A stretch of DNA of 63,669 nucleotides from an uncultured Gammaproteobacteria bacterium (GCA_964422865.1 CAYRCU010000003.1:1-63669), one strand, 5' to 3'. Positions 7,690 through 17,062 are shown, numbered from the stretch's first letter. Notes: generated by a model from the letters alone, not told the origin. Numbers and translations are program-made.

Positions 7690-9485
7690 CAACTCAACCC
7701 CACGATTTGTTTGTACTCTTCTACTGTAGGAATTTTTCCAAGCAACGCGGTAACAGCAACCATAACAGGACTTCCCATGTAAACATCTCCACCCCCCATC
7801 CTGCCTTTATAATTTCGATTAGAAGCGGTGATTGCTGTCTTACCTTCTTCCAATGCAAACCTCCCCTGACCAATACACGGTCCACACACGCTCATATCTG
7901 ACACAATTGCACCCATGTTGCGAAATGTTTGCAGTATTCCTTCCGCTTCCGCCTGCTCGAAGATTTCTCTAGAACTTGGGATGATTACAAATTTAACACC
8001 TTTTGCAACTTTCTCTGCCCCCATCGTTTTTGCGGCACTTCTCAGATCCTCAAGTCCATTAGTGCAAGAAACCAGATAACAGACGTCAACTTGAGGGTGA
8101 TCTGTTAATTCTGACAAGAGAACAACATTTTTTGGGTTTCCAGGCAAAGCCACCACAGGGACCACGTGTTCAAGGTTAAATTCGAACACCTGTTCGTATT
8201 CTGTTTCTTTGTTTACAACACCAAACAGCTTTATTGCCTCATCTTCAGTCATGTTAAACCTGTCCACAAGATATCTAATTCCTGCATCATATGCCTCAGT
8301 TACGGCAATGGGGCAATTGAAAGTTTCGGGGACCATGTTGCAAAGCGCTGCAACCTGATCCAAGCTCATAGACCTAAACCCCTCACCTCCAAATTCAATC
8401 ACAGAACCAGGTTTTACTTCCATTTTCGCAAGCATCAGCTGGGCATCTCTTATAGATAGTCCTTCGGGAATTTGACCTTTGATCTCAATCCTTACGGTTG
8501 GGGGAATAGAAATAGGAATTCTACTTTCTTTCAATGCCGCTGCAAACAAAGTTGATCCAACGGGAATTGCCAAAACAGGTAAAGCACCAAGTGTTGAAGT
8601 ATGTGAGTCCGTAGCAGCAACAACGGGTGAAACGCAAGGATCTATCTCACTAAGCATTACTCTGTGGCAAATTCCTGCTCCCCTTGGGTGGTAGTCTTCA
8701 ACACCCAACTGTTGTGCAATTTGTCTTTGTTTCCTTTGTAGTACACCAACTCTATTGTCTTCTGGATCAAAATGATCCTCATGTAAAGCCAATATTCTTG
8801 AATCGATCTCCGGTGCTCCTTTAATCAAATCAAAAGCAGGTACAGATAAAACAGGATAGGAATAAATTTTGTTTACAGGAAGAGCACATAACATACCCGG
8901 TTCCACAGAAATCGCTTCTAAAGCCCTAGCCATCCTTTGTTCAAAAATTGTCATTTTCTTAGGATCCCTCTCACTGTTTACAATAGGCTCGTCACCGTAT
9001 CGTTCAAGGTATTCTATAAGCCCTCCTACACGAATTATTTGTTGACTCAAATCATCCATTCCTTCAATCAGCATCTCTAGGCTAACCGGGTTTCCAATAG
9101 TAATTTCATCAGCAAGCTTGGGATTGGTACACAACAACAAACCATTATTTACTGCATTTTGAAAAAAAGTTGAGCCAAAACTTGCTGCAATTACAATTTC
9201 AATACCTGCTTGTTGCAGAGCCCAGACTGCCTGTTCACGACTCGATCCAATTCCAAATTCTGCCCCAGCCACCAGAACTTTCACCTCTCTCTTTTTAAGT
9301 TCCCCAGGTTGAAAACCAAACCCAGTCATTGCATATTCACCAAGCTCGTCCGGTTTCAACAGTTCTTTGACCGGAATTATTCCATCTGTAGAAACATTGT
9401 CCAAAACTTGTCCTTCCTTATCTTTTAATACCAACACTTCCTCTGGTTTAAACTTTAATAGTTCGGGAGATCTTTCGGGAGACAT
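7686..9485 (-). CDS. fused small+large subunit 3-isopropylmalate-dehydratase/homoaconitase-type isomerase (LeuD-LeuC order)
   Basis: N-terminal swivel domain (STDGIIP, FGIGSSREQA, SFGSTFFQNAVNNG). C-terminal large subunit (EDH, GICH, TDSHT, SCTNG, CGPC, SNRNYKGRMG) with three [4Fe-4S] Cys. Confidence 0.9.
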   Translation of the reverse strand: MSPERSPELLKFKPEEVLVLKDKEGQVLDNVSTDGIIPVKELLKPDELGEYAMTGFGFQPGELKKREVKVLVAGAEFGIGSSREQAVWALQQAGIEIVIAASFGSTFFQNAVNNGLLLCTNPKLADEITIGNPVSLEMLIEGMDDLSQQIIRVGGLIEYLERYGDEPIVNSERDPKKMTIFEQRMARALEAISVEPGMLCALPVNKIYSYPVLSVPAFDLIKGAPEIDSRILALHEDHFDPEDNRVGVLQRKQRQIAQQLGVEDYHPRGAGICHRVMLSEIDPCVSPVVAATDSHTSTLGALPVLAIPVGSTLFAAALKESRIPISIPPTVRIEIKGQIPEGLSIRDAQLMLAKMEVKPGSVIEFGGEGFRSMSLDQVAALCNMVPETFNCPIAVTEAYDAGIRYLVDRFNMTEDEAIKLFGVVNKETEYEQVFEFNLEHVVPVVALPGNPKNVVLLSELTDHPQVDVCYLVSCTNGLEDLRSAAKTMGAEKVAKGVKFVIIPSSREIFEQAEAEGILQTFRNMGAIVSDMSVCGPCIGQGRFALEEGKTAITASNRNYKGRMGGGDVYMGSPVMVAVTALLGKIPTVEEYKQIVGLSC

Positions 9486-9487
9486 AT

Positions 9488-10849
9488 CTATCTTTCAATA
9501 GACAGTAGTTGAACAAATTCTTTTTCTGTAAGTCGCTCTCCTTTTTGTCTGGCATAGTGAATGATTGCATCTGCTTCCTTATCGGTTACAAGAGATGGAT
9601 CAAACCCAAGATTTGCAGCCAATAATCTTATGGTACTTCTTCCACTCCAATGATTTACATATACTTCATGATCCCGGCCAAACATTTGAGGGTCAGATGC
9701 AGAATATACTTTTCTCTGCATCTCCATCATTTCTCTTGCGATTTCTGTTTCTCCAAGTTCTAAAGCTCTTTGAGCGATATGTAAAGCTTTTGCCATGGCA
9801 TCAGTATGAATTCCAAGTGATGTCTTAAAGGCATTTGAACCAAAAGCGCCATGAGTAGGAATTGGCTCACTTGTAATCTGACTATAAATTACAAGTGTTT
9901 TCCATAAGTGTTTTAATTTCCAGGGAACATCTTCAACCTGACCGTTTTCAAGCATTATCTCAACGGCGTTTAACACAACTGTTTCAAGTGGGGTATTTCC
10001 GGCTCGTTCACCAATACCCCACGGAACCGTGTGAATTCTTGTCGCCCCATTTGCAATGGCAACCTTAGCATTTTCCGTAGCGTTCCCGAGATCCCTGTGT
10101 CCATGCCATTCAATAGGTATATTTTCTAGACCAAGTTCGTCCAATACATCTCTTGTGAACTTGACTATGGCCTCAACCCCGGGTGCCCTAGCAATCCCGA
10201 CAGTATCGGCAATACAAATCGCGCTCGCCCCATTCTCCACTTGTGTCTGAATAATCTCCCTCCAAAAATCTGGAGGTGTTTGGGTAGTATGTTCAGTTCC
10301 ACCAATTACTCCAATGCCTTTATTCACTACCTCCCTCACTGCCCAACCAAGTTGCCGCAATACCTGTTCTTTTTTCCAGCCTTGTACAAGAAGTCTTTGG
10401 GGAGAAGTACCCATAAAGACAATCGCATTCAAATTAGGATTTTTCTCTCTGCAATTTGCGACCCAACTGATCGATTCCTCACTTGCTAAACACAAGACAA
10501 TAGGTGTCACATTAGGATAATCCCCATTCATAACTTCAAGGAGCTTCTTGAGTCTCCTGTCAACCTCGTTACCATTTTCACCCGTATAAATTCCCACAGT
10601 CACCCTATCAACTCCAAATCTTTGCAGAGCGTCAATATATCTCAATTCCTCCTCAGTGGTAGGAAGATGCGAAATACCATGTTTTCCGTCTCTCAAGGCT
10701 TCACAAACAAGAACTAAATCTTGAATTTGCTCTGGTGAAGGTTCAACAATAACCGGTCTGCAAGGATCTTCACGTCTATTCCAATTGTAATTAACGGGAA
10801 TCTCCCCGTTCTTTAGTTGCCAAACGACCTCCGTGTGTTCAACTCCCAT
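9488..10849 (-). CDS. DRE-TIM metallolyase, isopropylmalate/homocitrate/citramalate synthase family, without C-terminal regulatory domain
   Basis: LRDG, CIADTVG, HGHRDLG.A.EN, GIGERAGN.PLE, G.NAF...GIH motifs. ATG 10849 preferred over the track TTG 10864. Confidence 0.88.
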   Translation of the reverse strand: MGVEHTEVVWQLKNGEIPVNYNWNRREDPCRPVIVEPSPEQIQDLVLVCEALRDGKHGISHLPTTEEELRYIDALQRFGVDRVTVGIYTGENGNEVDRRLKKLLEVMNGDYPNVTPIVLCLASEESISWVANCREKNPNLNAIVFMGTSPQRLLVQGWKKEQVLRQLGWAVREVVNKGIGVIGGTEHTTQTPPDFWREIIQTQVENGASAICIADTVGIARAPGVEAIVKFTRDVLDELGLENIPIEWHGHRDLGNATENAKVAIANGATRIHTVPWGIGERAGNTPLETVVLNAVEIMLENGQVEDVPWKLKHLWKTLVIYSQITSEPIPTHGAFGSNAFKTSLGIHTDAMAKALHIAQRALELGETEIAREMMEMQRKVYSASDPQMFGRDHEVYVNHWSGRSTIRLLAANLGFDPSLVTDKEADAIIHYARQKGERLTEKEFVQLLSIER

Positions 10850-10901
10850 AAATAAATAATTCAACGCGATGTGTTATCATTTTTTATATACTAATTTTTT
10901 G

Positions 10902-12290
10902 ATGCAGACCTATAATACCACACCCAAAAAAAGGGAAACAATAGAATCACTTTGGCGCTTGATGCATGTTGTTCTTGACACTCTTGACTTCGATCAGGTG
11001 GTCCAAAAAGTAGTAGATAGTGTACTAATGGAACTAGGTTACCTGGAGCTTGGCTACAGCATTGTTGTTCTTATACTTTATGATGAAAAGACAAACTCTC
11101 TAAAAAGAATTTCAATTTCAAGAACACAAAAAGCCAAAAAAGCTCTCGAAGTAACTCCGGTCCCTTTCGAAGACATTATTATTCCCTTGTCCGCTTATGA
11201 AAACTTGTGTACTCGCGCATTCCTGGATGGTAAATCTTATTCAACCCATGATTGGAGAGATATTCTCTTTCCAGCATACACAGTAGAAAATGCAAGAAAA
11301 GTTCAGAGTATTGTGGGAATAAAAACCAGTATGGTTTATCCGATTATCTATCAAGGAAAATCTCAAGGCGTAATTATCTTTAGTATGGTTAAGGATGAAA
11401 AGCAAGTAACAGAAGAAGAAAAAGATCTCATAAAAAGCTTTACAGATTTAGTTGGCTTGTCAGTTCAAAACGCCAAACTTTTTACTGCACTTGAACATTC
11501 ATCCAACTTACTCAAAAAAGCAAATGAACGATTAAAAGTCCTGGACGCCAGGAAAAACGAGTTTATATCCATTGCCGCTCACGAACTGCGCGCTCCTCTT
11601 ACGGCAGTCAAAGGGTATGTATCTATGATAATAGACGGAGATGTGGGGGTAATTACTCCTCAAGCTCAAGAATTCCTCGAGGACGTGCTGGTTTCCTCCA
11701 ATCGCATGATACGGTTGGTAAACAATCTCTTGGATGTTTCAAGAATCGAGGAAAATAAAATTCTATATGCCGAAGATTATTTCAAACTGTCAGATATTGT
11801 AAAGAGCGTTTATAGTGAGTTTAAATTAGAAGCAAGAAGAAAAAATCTTAATTTCAAAATTGAAATCCCGGAAAATATTGTTGATAGTGTTTATGTAGAT
11901 CAAGATAGGCTTCACGAAGTATTGGTTAATTTTATAAGTAACGCCCTCAAATACACAACAGATGGTGGAGTAACTCTTAAACTTTCAAACCCCAAAGTAG
12001 GAATAATCCGCGCGGAAGTTACAGATACGGGTCCCGGAATTTCAAAGGAAGAACAGGAAAAACTATTCGCCAAGTTCTATAGAGTCAAATCACATATTGG
12101 CAAAACAGTGGGAAGTGGTTTAGGATTATACATTAGCAAGCTTTTGATAACAAAGTTCGGTGGCCAGATTGGTCTCATCTCAGAGCCCGGTAAAGGTTCA
12201 ACATTCTGGTTCGAATTACCGATCAAAAATAAAAGGCAAGATGAGTCAAACACAGTCTCAGAATCAACCAATTCAACCCAGCCGGCCTAG
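10902..12290 (+). CDS. soluble GAF-domain sensor histidine kinase
   Basis: GAF-like N-terminus; H-box FISIAAHELRAPL; N-box NFISNALKYT; DTGPGI; GSGLGL; GSTFWF. No clear TM. ATG 10902 preferred. Confidence 0.92.
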   Translation: MQTYNTTPKKRETIESLWRLMHVVLDTLDFDQVVQKVVDSVLMELGYLELGYSIVVLILYDEKTNSLKRISISRTQKAKKALEVTPVPFEDIIIPLSAYENLCTRAFLDGKSYSTHDWRDILFPAYTVENARKVQSIVGIKTSMVYPIIYQGKSQGVIIFSMVKDEKQVTEEEKDLIKSFTDLVGLSVQNAKLFTALEHSSNLLKKANERLKVLDARKNEFISIAAHELRAPLTAVKGYVSMIIDGDVGVITPQAQEFLEDVLVSSNRMIRLVNNLLDVSRIEENKILYAEDYFKLSDIVKSVYSEFKLEARRKNLNFKIEIPENIVDSVYVDQDRLHEVLVNFISNALKYTTDGGVTLKLSNPKVGIIRAEVTDTGPGISKEEQEKLFAKFYRVKSHIGKTVGSGLGLYISKLLITKFGGQIGLISEPGKGSTFWFELPIKNKRQDESNTVSESTNSTQPA

Positions 12291-12681
12291 TGCCGTACCT
12301 GACACACAGAAAAAACCTTCGGTCCTTATCGTAGAAGATGATCCGTTGTTGGTAAAAATGTACGGAGCAAAACTAAGGTCAGACGGCTTTATTGTCTATT
12401 CAGCATTTGACGGAGAGCAAGGCTTGAAACTGGCATTAGAAAAGAAACCTTCAGCAATTTTACTTGACGTGATGATGCCGAAGATGTCCGGTGTTGATTT
12501 TCTGACCCGTATCAGACAGGATCCTTGGGGAAAATCTGTCGCGGTGCTGGTTCTTTCAAATCTTTCCCAAGATGAGGAAATAAAAAAAGCCCTTGCCTTG
12601 GGCGCTAAAGAATATCTTACAAAAGCGAATGTAACACCTGCTCAAGTTACGGAAAAAATCAAAAGCTATCTTAAAAAATGA
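12241..12681 (+). CDS. single-domain response regulator (receiver only)
   Basis: VLIVEDD, LLDVMMP (phospho-Asp), VLS, YLTKAN; no output domain. Start placed at ATG 12241. Confidence 0.9.
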   Translation: MSQTQSQNQPIQPSRPSAVPDTQKKPSVLIVEDDPLLVKMYGAKLRSDGFIVYSAFDGEQGLKLALEKKPSAILLDVMMPKMSGVDFLTRIRQDPWGKSVAVLVLSNLSQDEEIKKALALGAKEYLTKANVTPAQVTEKIKSYLKK

Positions 12682-13604
12682 GTCCCGCCCTGCTGCTAAT
12701 AGATAAAACAGTTCACGCTTTCTTGCCTCGCGAATCAAACGATCACAAAGCCCGTGCTCTTCAAGTGCCGGGACTGATTATTTTTCTCCTTGTGATTGTT
12801 CTTGTGCAAATGGTATTAAATTTTATTACAACCACGGACGTAAAAGTCTTAGGCTACGCGGCAAACATTTCTCCAAGAGAAGTAATAAGACTAACCAACG
12901 AAAAACGTCTTGAAAATAACGTTCACGCACTCGAATTAAGCCCAATTCTTACGGAAGCGGCACGCCTCAAAGGCAGTGACATGCTTGAGCGTGATTATTG
13001 GGCACACAATGCGCCTGACGGCACAGAGCCGTGGGTATTTTTTGTTAATGCCGGCTACAAATATCGCTATGCAGGTGAAAATTTGGCTCGGGATTTCTCA
13101 AATCCCAAAGATGCCGTCGAGGCATGGATGGCCTCTCCGAGCCACAGAGAAAATCTGCTCTCGGACAGGTATCGTGAGATCGGCATAGCTGTCGTGGAAG
13201 GGGATCTCAATGGCGTAGACACAACAATAATAGTTCAATTTTTTGGAACTCTTGCCGTGGACACGGTTCCGGTAGTTCCCGTTGCGGCAGCAAAAAGTAT
13301 TGAATCTACACCCGCACCCACTCCGTCTCCGCTTGCCAAACCGGCCACAGAAGTTTTTTCACAAACCCAGCAAATTGCTCAGCGCTCCTCCACACAAAGC
13401 CAAAAGTTAATCTCTCCGTTTCAGGTTACAAAATTCATCTCACTTGGCGTAATAGCAATTTTAAGCATAACCTTAGTCATTGATGGGCTTATAATCTATC
13501 AGAAAAAAATCACCCGGGTTTCCGGGAAAACTTTTGCACACTTTTCGTTTATTGGGATGATTTTTGCAATCATTCTCATCGCAAAAGCAGGACAAATTTT
13601 TTAA
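12678..13604 (+). CDS. membrane-anchored CAP (SCP/Tpx-1/PR-1) domain protein
   Basis: YWAHNAPDG, AGENLA, WMASPSHRENLL, EIGIAV; N-terminal TM, P/T/S-rich linker and two C-terminal TMs. Confidence 0.88.
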   Translation: MSPALLLIDKTVHAFLPRESNDHKARALQVPGLIIFLLVIVLVQMVLNFITTTDVKVLGYAANISPREVIRLTNEKRLENNVHALELSPILTEAARLKGSDMLERDYWAHNAPDGTEPWVFFVNAGYKYRYAGENLARDFSNPKDAVEAWMASPSHRENLLSDRYREIGIAVVEGDLNGVDTTIIVQFFGTLAVDTVPVVPVAAAKSIESTPAPTPSPLAKPATEVFSQTQQIAQRSSTQSQKLISPFQVTKFISLGVIAILSITLVIDGLIIYQKKITRVSGKTFAHFSFIGMIFAIILIAKAGQIF

Positions 13605-13637
13605 AAAAACCCTTAGTTTGAAAAAACCCTTAGTATG
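13604..13637. repeat. 17-bp direct duplication spanning the intergenic gap
   Basis: AAAAAACCCTTAGTTTG (13604-13620) and AAAAAACCCTTAGTATG (13621-13637), one mismatch; the second copy ends in the next ATG. Confidence 0.85.
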
Positions 13638-13901
13638 AACAATTTCCAAAAACCCAAAAACATAACACATTACCTGGCTCTTTTAGGAATCTTTCTTGTG
13701 GGATTCTTGGCATTCTGGATTTTTTCCTGGGACAGATTTTTTCAAATCGGAGTAAGTATTGCCGTTGCAGTTTCATACGTTGTCTGGGGAATTATCCATC
13801 ATTATTTTCAAAAGGATCTTTGTTTCGAGATTATTGTTGAATATATTTCAATCGCAGCTTTGGGTGTTGTAGTGCTTTTATCTCTCATCTTCACAAGCTA
13901 A
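13635..13901 (+). CDS. small 3-TM hypothetical membrane protein
   Basis: 88 aa, hydrophobic, WGIIHH motif; sits in the operon direction. Confidence 0.7.
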   Translation: MNNFQKPKNITHYLALLGIFLVGFLAFWIFSWDRFFQIGVSIAVAVSYVVWGIIHHYFQKDLCFEIIVEYISIAALGVVVLLSLIFTS

Positions 13902-13916
13902 GAATATAGGGCAAAC

Positions 13917-13925
13917 TGGTATAAT
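13917..13925 (+). promoter_or_regulatory. extended -10 element TGGTATAAT
   Basis: Perfect TGnTATAAT 17 nt upstream of ATG 13943. Confidence 0.6.
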
Positions 13926-13942
13926 GCGCACATAACAGTAAC

Positions 13943-14440
13943 ATGACAAGCTCAAACGGAAAGTTTATAAGCCCCACACGCGGCCCGATGTCCGTGTCGG
14001 GTATGATAAAAGAGATTTCAAATTTTGTGGAAGAAGAGCCTGACAATTTTTACAGACTTGTTATAGGCACAGATTCCCAGGCACACAGAACAAACGGCAA
14101 ATCTCAATGTGATTTTGTGACGGCAATTGTTATCCACAGGCAGGGCAAGGGTGCTCGTTATTTTTGGAAGAAGGAAAAACACAAACCCCTGCGGCTCAGG
14201 GACAAAATCTACACGGAAACACAAAAATCCCTGGACACCGCCCAAAAAATAGTGCCATCCTTAAGAAAAGCAGTCACGCCTGCAAAATATGATCTTGAAA
14301 TCCATATTGATGTAGGCTCTCTTGGGCCAACCAGAGAGATGATTAAGGAAGTTGTGGGAATGGTTAACGGAAATGGGTTTGTAGCAAAAACGAAGCCGGA
14401 GAGTTGGGGGGCATCTTCAGTCGCCGATAAGCATGCCTAA
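13943..14440 (+). CDS. ribonuclease H-like YkuK (DUF458) family protein
   Basis: LVIGTDSQ, FVTAIVIHR.GKGARYF, KIYTETQKSL, LEIHIDVG, KPESWGASSVADKH. Confidence 0.85.
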   Translation: MTSSNGKFISPTRGPMSVSGMIKEISNFVEEEPDNFYRLVIGTDSQAHRTNGKSQCDFVTAIVIHRQGKGARYFWKKEKHKPLRLRDKIYTETQKSLDTAQKIVPSLRKAVTPAKYDLEIHIDVGSLGPTREMIKEVVGMVNGNGFVAKTKPESWGASSVADKHA

Positions 14441-14460
14441 TATATAATAACCCATTGAGA

Positions 14461-15540
14461 ATGAAAGCAATAATACCGACTGGGGGAAGGGGGACAAGAA
14501 TGCAGCCTTTGACTTTCTCGACAAATAAGCATTTTATCCCGGTTGCAAACAAGCCCCTGATACATTACCCAATTGAGGCGGTGGCAGAAGCAGGAATAAA
14601 AGATGTTTTAATCACATACAACCCTGGATGGTTTGAATTTGTAAAAAAAGAGCTTGGGAGTGGAAAAAAATGGGGCTTAAGGTTTACCTATGTGCTTCAA
14701 GAGAAGCCAATGGGTTTGGCAAATATTTATCAGGTTTGTGAAGAAGCATTAAAGGGCGAAAGTTTTGTACTTCACTTGGGTGATAACATCTTTACTGAGG
14801 GGATAAGAGAGGCGGTTGATTACTTTACTAGGGAAAAACCCAACGGACTGGTGACAATGATCCATCATCCGGAAAATTCAAGGCTGGGGGTGCCGTATTT
14901 TGACAAAAAAGGAAGACTGAAAAAATATGTGGAAAAACCAAAGAACCCACCGCACGACTACGCGATACCGGGACTTTATTTCATGGATAGCAATGGATTT
15001 AAGGTTTTTCAGGGAAAGGACAGGCTCAAGCCGTCAGCTCGCGGTGAATACGAGATGCCGGATGCTTTTCAGTGGATGATTGATAGAGGATACCGGGTGG
15101 ATGTGGTTGAGTATAAAGGAAAATGGCTTGATCCGGGAAAATTTGGAGATTGGATAGAAGCAAATCAGTATTTACTTGACCGGTATTTGGAGGAGGAAAT
15201 CAAGTCTCGGGTGGACAAAAAAACAAGAGTAGAGGGGAGAGTGAAAATTGGGAAGAAGTGCAGGATAAAAAATTCCGAAATAAGAGGGCCGGTTGTAATT
15301 GGAGAAGGGGTTGAAGTAATTAATAGCTATATCGGCCCATACACATCTATAAGTGACGGATGCAAAGTAGAAAACAGTCATGTAGAAAATAGTGTTTTAA
15401 TGAAAAAAGTACAAGTGCGAAATATCAGCCAGCCCATAAATGAAAGTGTAATAGGAGCAGGAGCTCAAGTTATTGATGAGGACGGACCAACCGATTGGAT
15501 GAAGCTATTTATAGGGGAAAAGTCAAAGGTAAAGGTATAA
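14461..15540 (+). CDS. rmlA: glucose-1-phosphate thymidylyltransferase, long form with C-terminal beta-helix
   Basis: GGRGTRMQPLT...KHFIPVANKP, LGDN, VEKPK, SARGEYE, W.D.G and a left-handed beta-helix tail containing IGPYTSI. Confidence 0.8.
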   Translation: MKAIIPTGGRGTRMQPLTFSTNKHFIPVANKPLIHYPIEAVAEAGIKDVLITYNPGWFEFVKKELGSGKKWGLRFTYVLQEKPMGLANIYQVCEEALKGESFVLHLGDNIFTEGIREAVDYFTREKPNGLVTMIHHPENSRLGVPYFDKKGRLKKYVEKPKNPPHDYAIPGLYFMDSNGFKVFQGKDRLKPSARGEYEMPDAFQWMIDRGYRVDVVEYKGKWLDPGKFGDWIEANQYLLDRYLEEEIKSRVDKKTRVEGRVKIGKKCRIKNSEIRGPVVIGEGVEVINSYIGPYTSISDGCKVENSHVENSVLMKKVQVRNISQPINESVIGAGAQVIDEDGPTDWMKLFIGEKSKVKV

Positions 15541-15551
15541 TCGTTGTAGAT

Positions 15552-16208
15552 TTACTTGCGTTTTTTGGTTTTCTGAAGAGTTTGCTTTTCTCTCCATTTC
15601 TTGATTCTTTCGTGATGGCCGGAAAGAAGCACCTCCGGCACTTTCCAGCCTTTAAACTCTTCAGGTCTTGTATATTGGGGATATTCAATCATGCCGTCTT
15701 CAGAAAAGCTCTCGTACTTGACGGCATCTTCTTTTTTTAAAACACCCGGAATCAGTCTTGTCACGGCATCTACAACAACCATGGCAGGGATCTCCCCACC
15801 AGCTAAAACATAATCTCCAATAGAAATTTCCTCATCTACAAGATGTTCTCTTATTCGTGCATCAAAACCTTCATACCTGCCTGCAATAAGTATTAAGTGT
15901 TTTTCTTCTGACAACCCTCTTGCAATTTTTTGGTTGAAAGTTTTTCCCTGAGGTGTCATCAGTATTACTCTGGAGTGTTTTTTTCTTAAATCTTTCAGAG
16001 CGTTGTAAATAGGCTCAATCATCAAAAGCATTCCGACTCCACCTCCATAAGGTCGTCCGTCTACGGTTTTATGCTTATCTTTTGCCCAATCTCGAAGATT
16101 ATAAATATTTATCTCCACAAGCTTTTTTTCCTGTGCCTTTTTAATAATCGATTCATTAAAAGGCCCTCTAAACATTTCAGGAAAAAGTGTGATGATATCA
16201 ATTTTCAT
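15552..16208 (-). CDS. trmD: tRNA (guanine37-N1)-methyltransferase
   Basis: [62 protein letters not shown]. Confidence 0.97.
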   Translation of the reverse strand: MKIDIITLFPEMFRGPFNESIIKKAQEKKLVEINIYNLRDWAKDKHKTVDGRPYGGGVGMLLMIEPIYNALKDLRKKHSRVILMTPQGKTFNQKIARGLSEEKHLILIAGRYEGFDARIREHLVDEEISIGDYVLAGGEIPAMVVVDAVTRLIPGVLKKEDAVKYESFSEDGMIEYPQYTRPEEFKGWKVPEVLLSGHHERIKKWREKQTLQKTKKRK

Positions 16209-16316
16209 ACCAACAACCTTAGTATACACTTTCCCTCCCACTCAACAGCAAAAAGTGCCAATAAGGTGGAAAAAATAATTTTAAACACCTATAATTACGA
16301 CAATTATTTTTTAAGT

Positions 16317-17062
16317 ATGATACGGTACATCGAATCTTTCGTAAGACCATTTATCAGAGAATCCCCACCGGAATTACTCCAAAGGTGCGATGATGATCTT
16401 GTCAACGAAAAAATCGATAGCGGGTTGGATATGGATTATTTGCTCGATCATGTTCGTCTGTTCAAAAACAGAGAAAAAACAACAAGAGAAGCCTCAAGGT
16501 CACTCGCCCGTTTAGTCATTGAACTGGAAGATCAAATACCACACTATGACACGATAATTAGTGACGACGTGAGCGGCAGATTAGTGTCACTTTTCTTAAG
16601 AGAGGTTATAAAACCTACTTTGTGGCAAGCGGCAGGCATCATGACCAAAGAATCCATGAAGCAATAGATGAATTCATAGCAAGAAAAAAGCCTTCCATGG
16701 GAAAAGTATTGCTGGTTACTGAATTCATAGAAACTGGTGCCAGCATTAATTCAATAGCTGAAAGGCTAGACAGGCAAGACATTGATTTTGACATTGCGTC
16801 GGCGTCAGTTTCCAGCCGTTTTTTCAACCACAAGACTAATAAAGGGTTAAGAAGTTTATTAGAAAGACTTAGATACGGAACAGTGGGTAAGGCGGGACTA
16901 GCTTTTTACTTTTCTCAATCTTCCACAGGTGTCATAAAAGATCTTCAATCCGGAAGCGCCCACCCGGCAAAAAGAGAAGGTGCCTGCCCGCGAACTCTAA
17001 GCGAAGCAAGACAAGACATGAAATTAATGGCCACAGAAATTTTAAAGCTAATTCAAGAATAA
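16317..17062 (+). pseudogene. phosphoribosyltransferase-like gene split by a frameshift near 16610
   Basis: Frame 1: MIRYIESF...DTIISDDVSGRLVSLFLREVI. Frame -1 continues KTYFVASGR...KVLLVTEFIETGAS (PRPP-loop-like). One extra A in the AAAA run at 16610-16613 would join them. Confidence 0.6.

Noticed and set aside
7686-10849. Ordinary leucine operon (leuA, leuC, leuD)
   Set aside because: No leuB, no LeuA regulatory domain and altered specificity motifs, so gene symbols were withheld.
16071-16316. N-terminal extension of the 198-aa ORF
   Set aside because: It overlaps trmD antisense; ATG 16317 is the plausible start.
16604-16625. Programmed -1 ribosomal frameshift
   Set aside because: No X XXY YYZ slippery heptamer or obvious downstream stimulator; a simple indel is more parsimonious.
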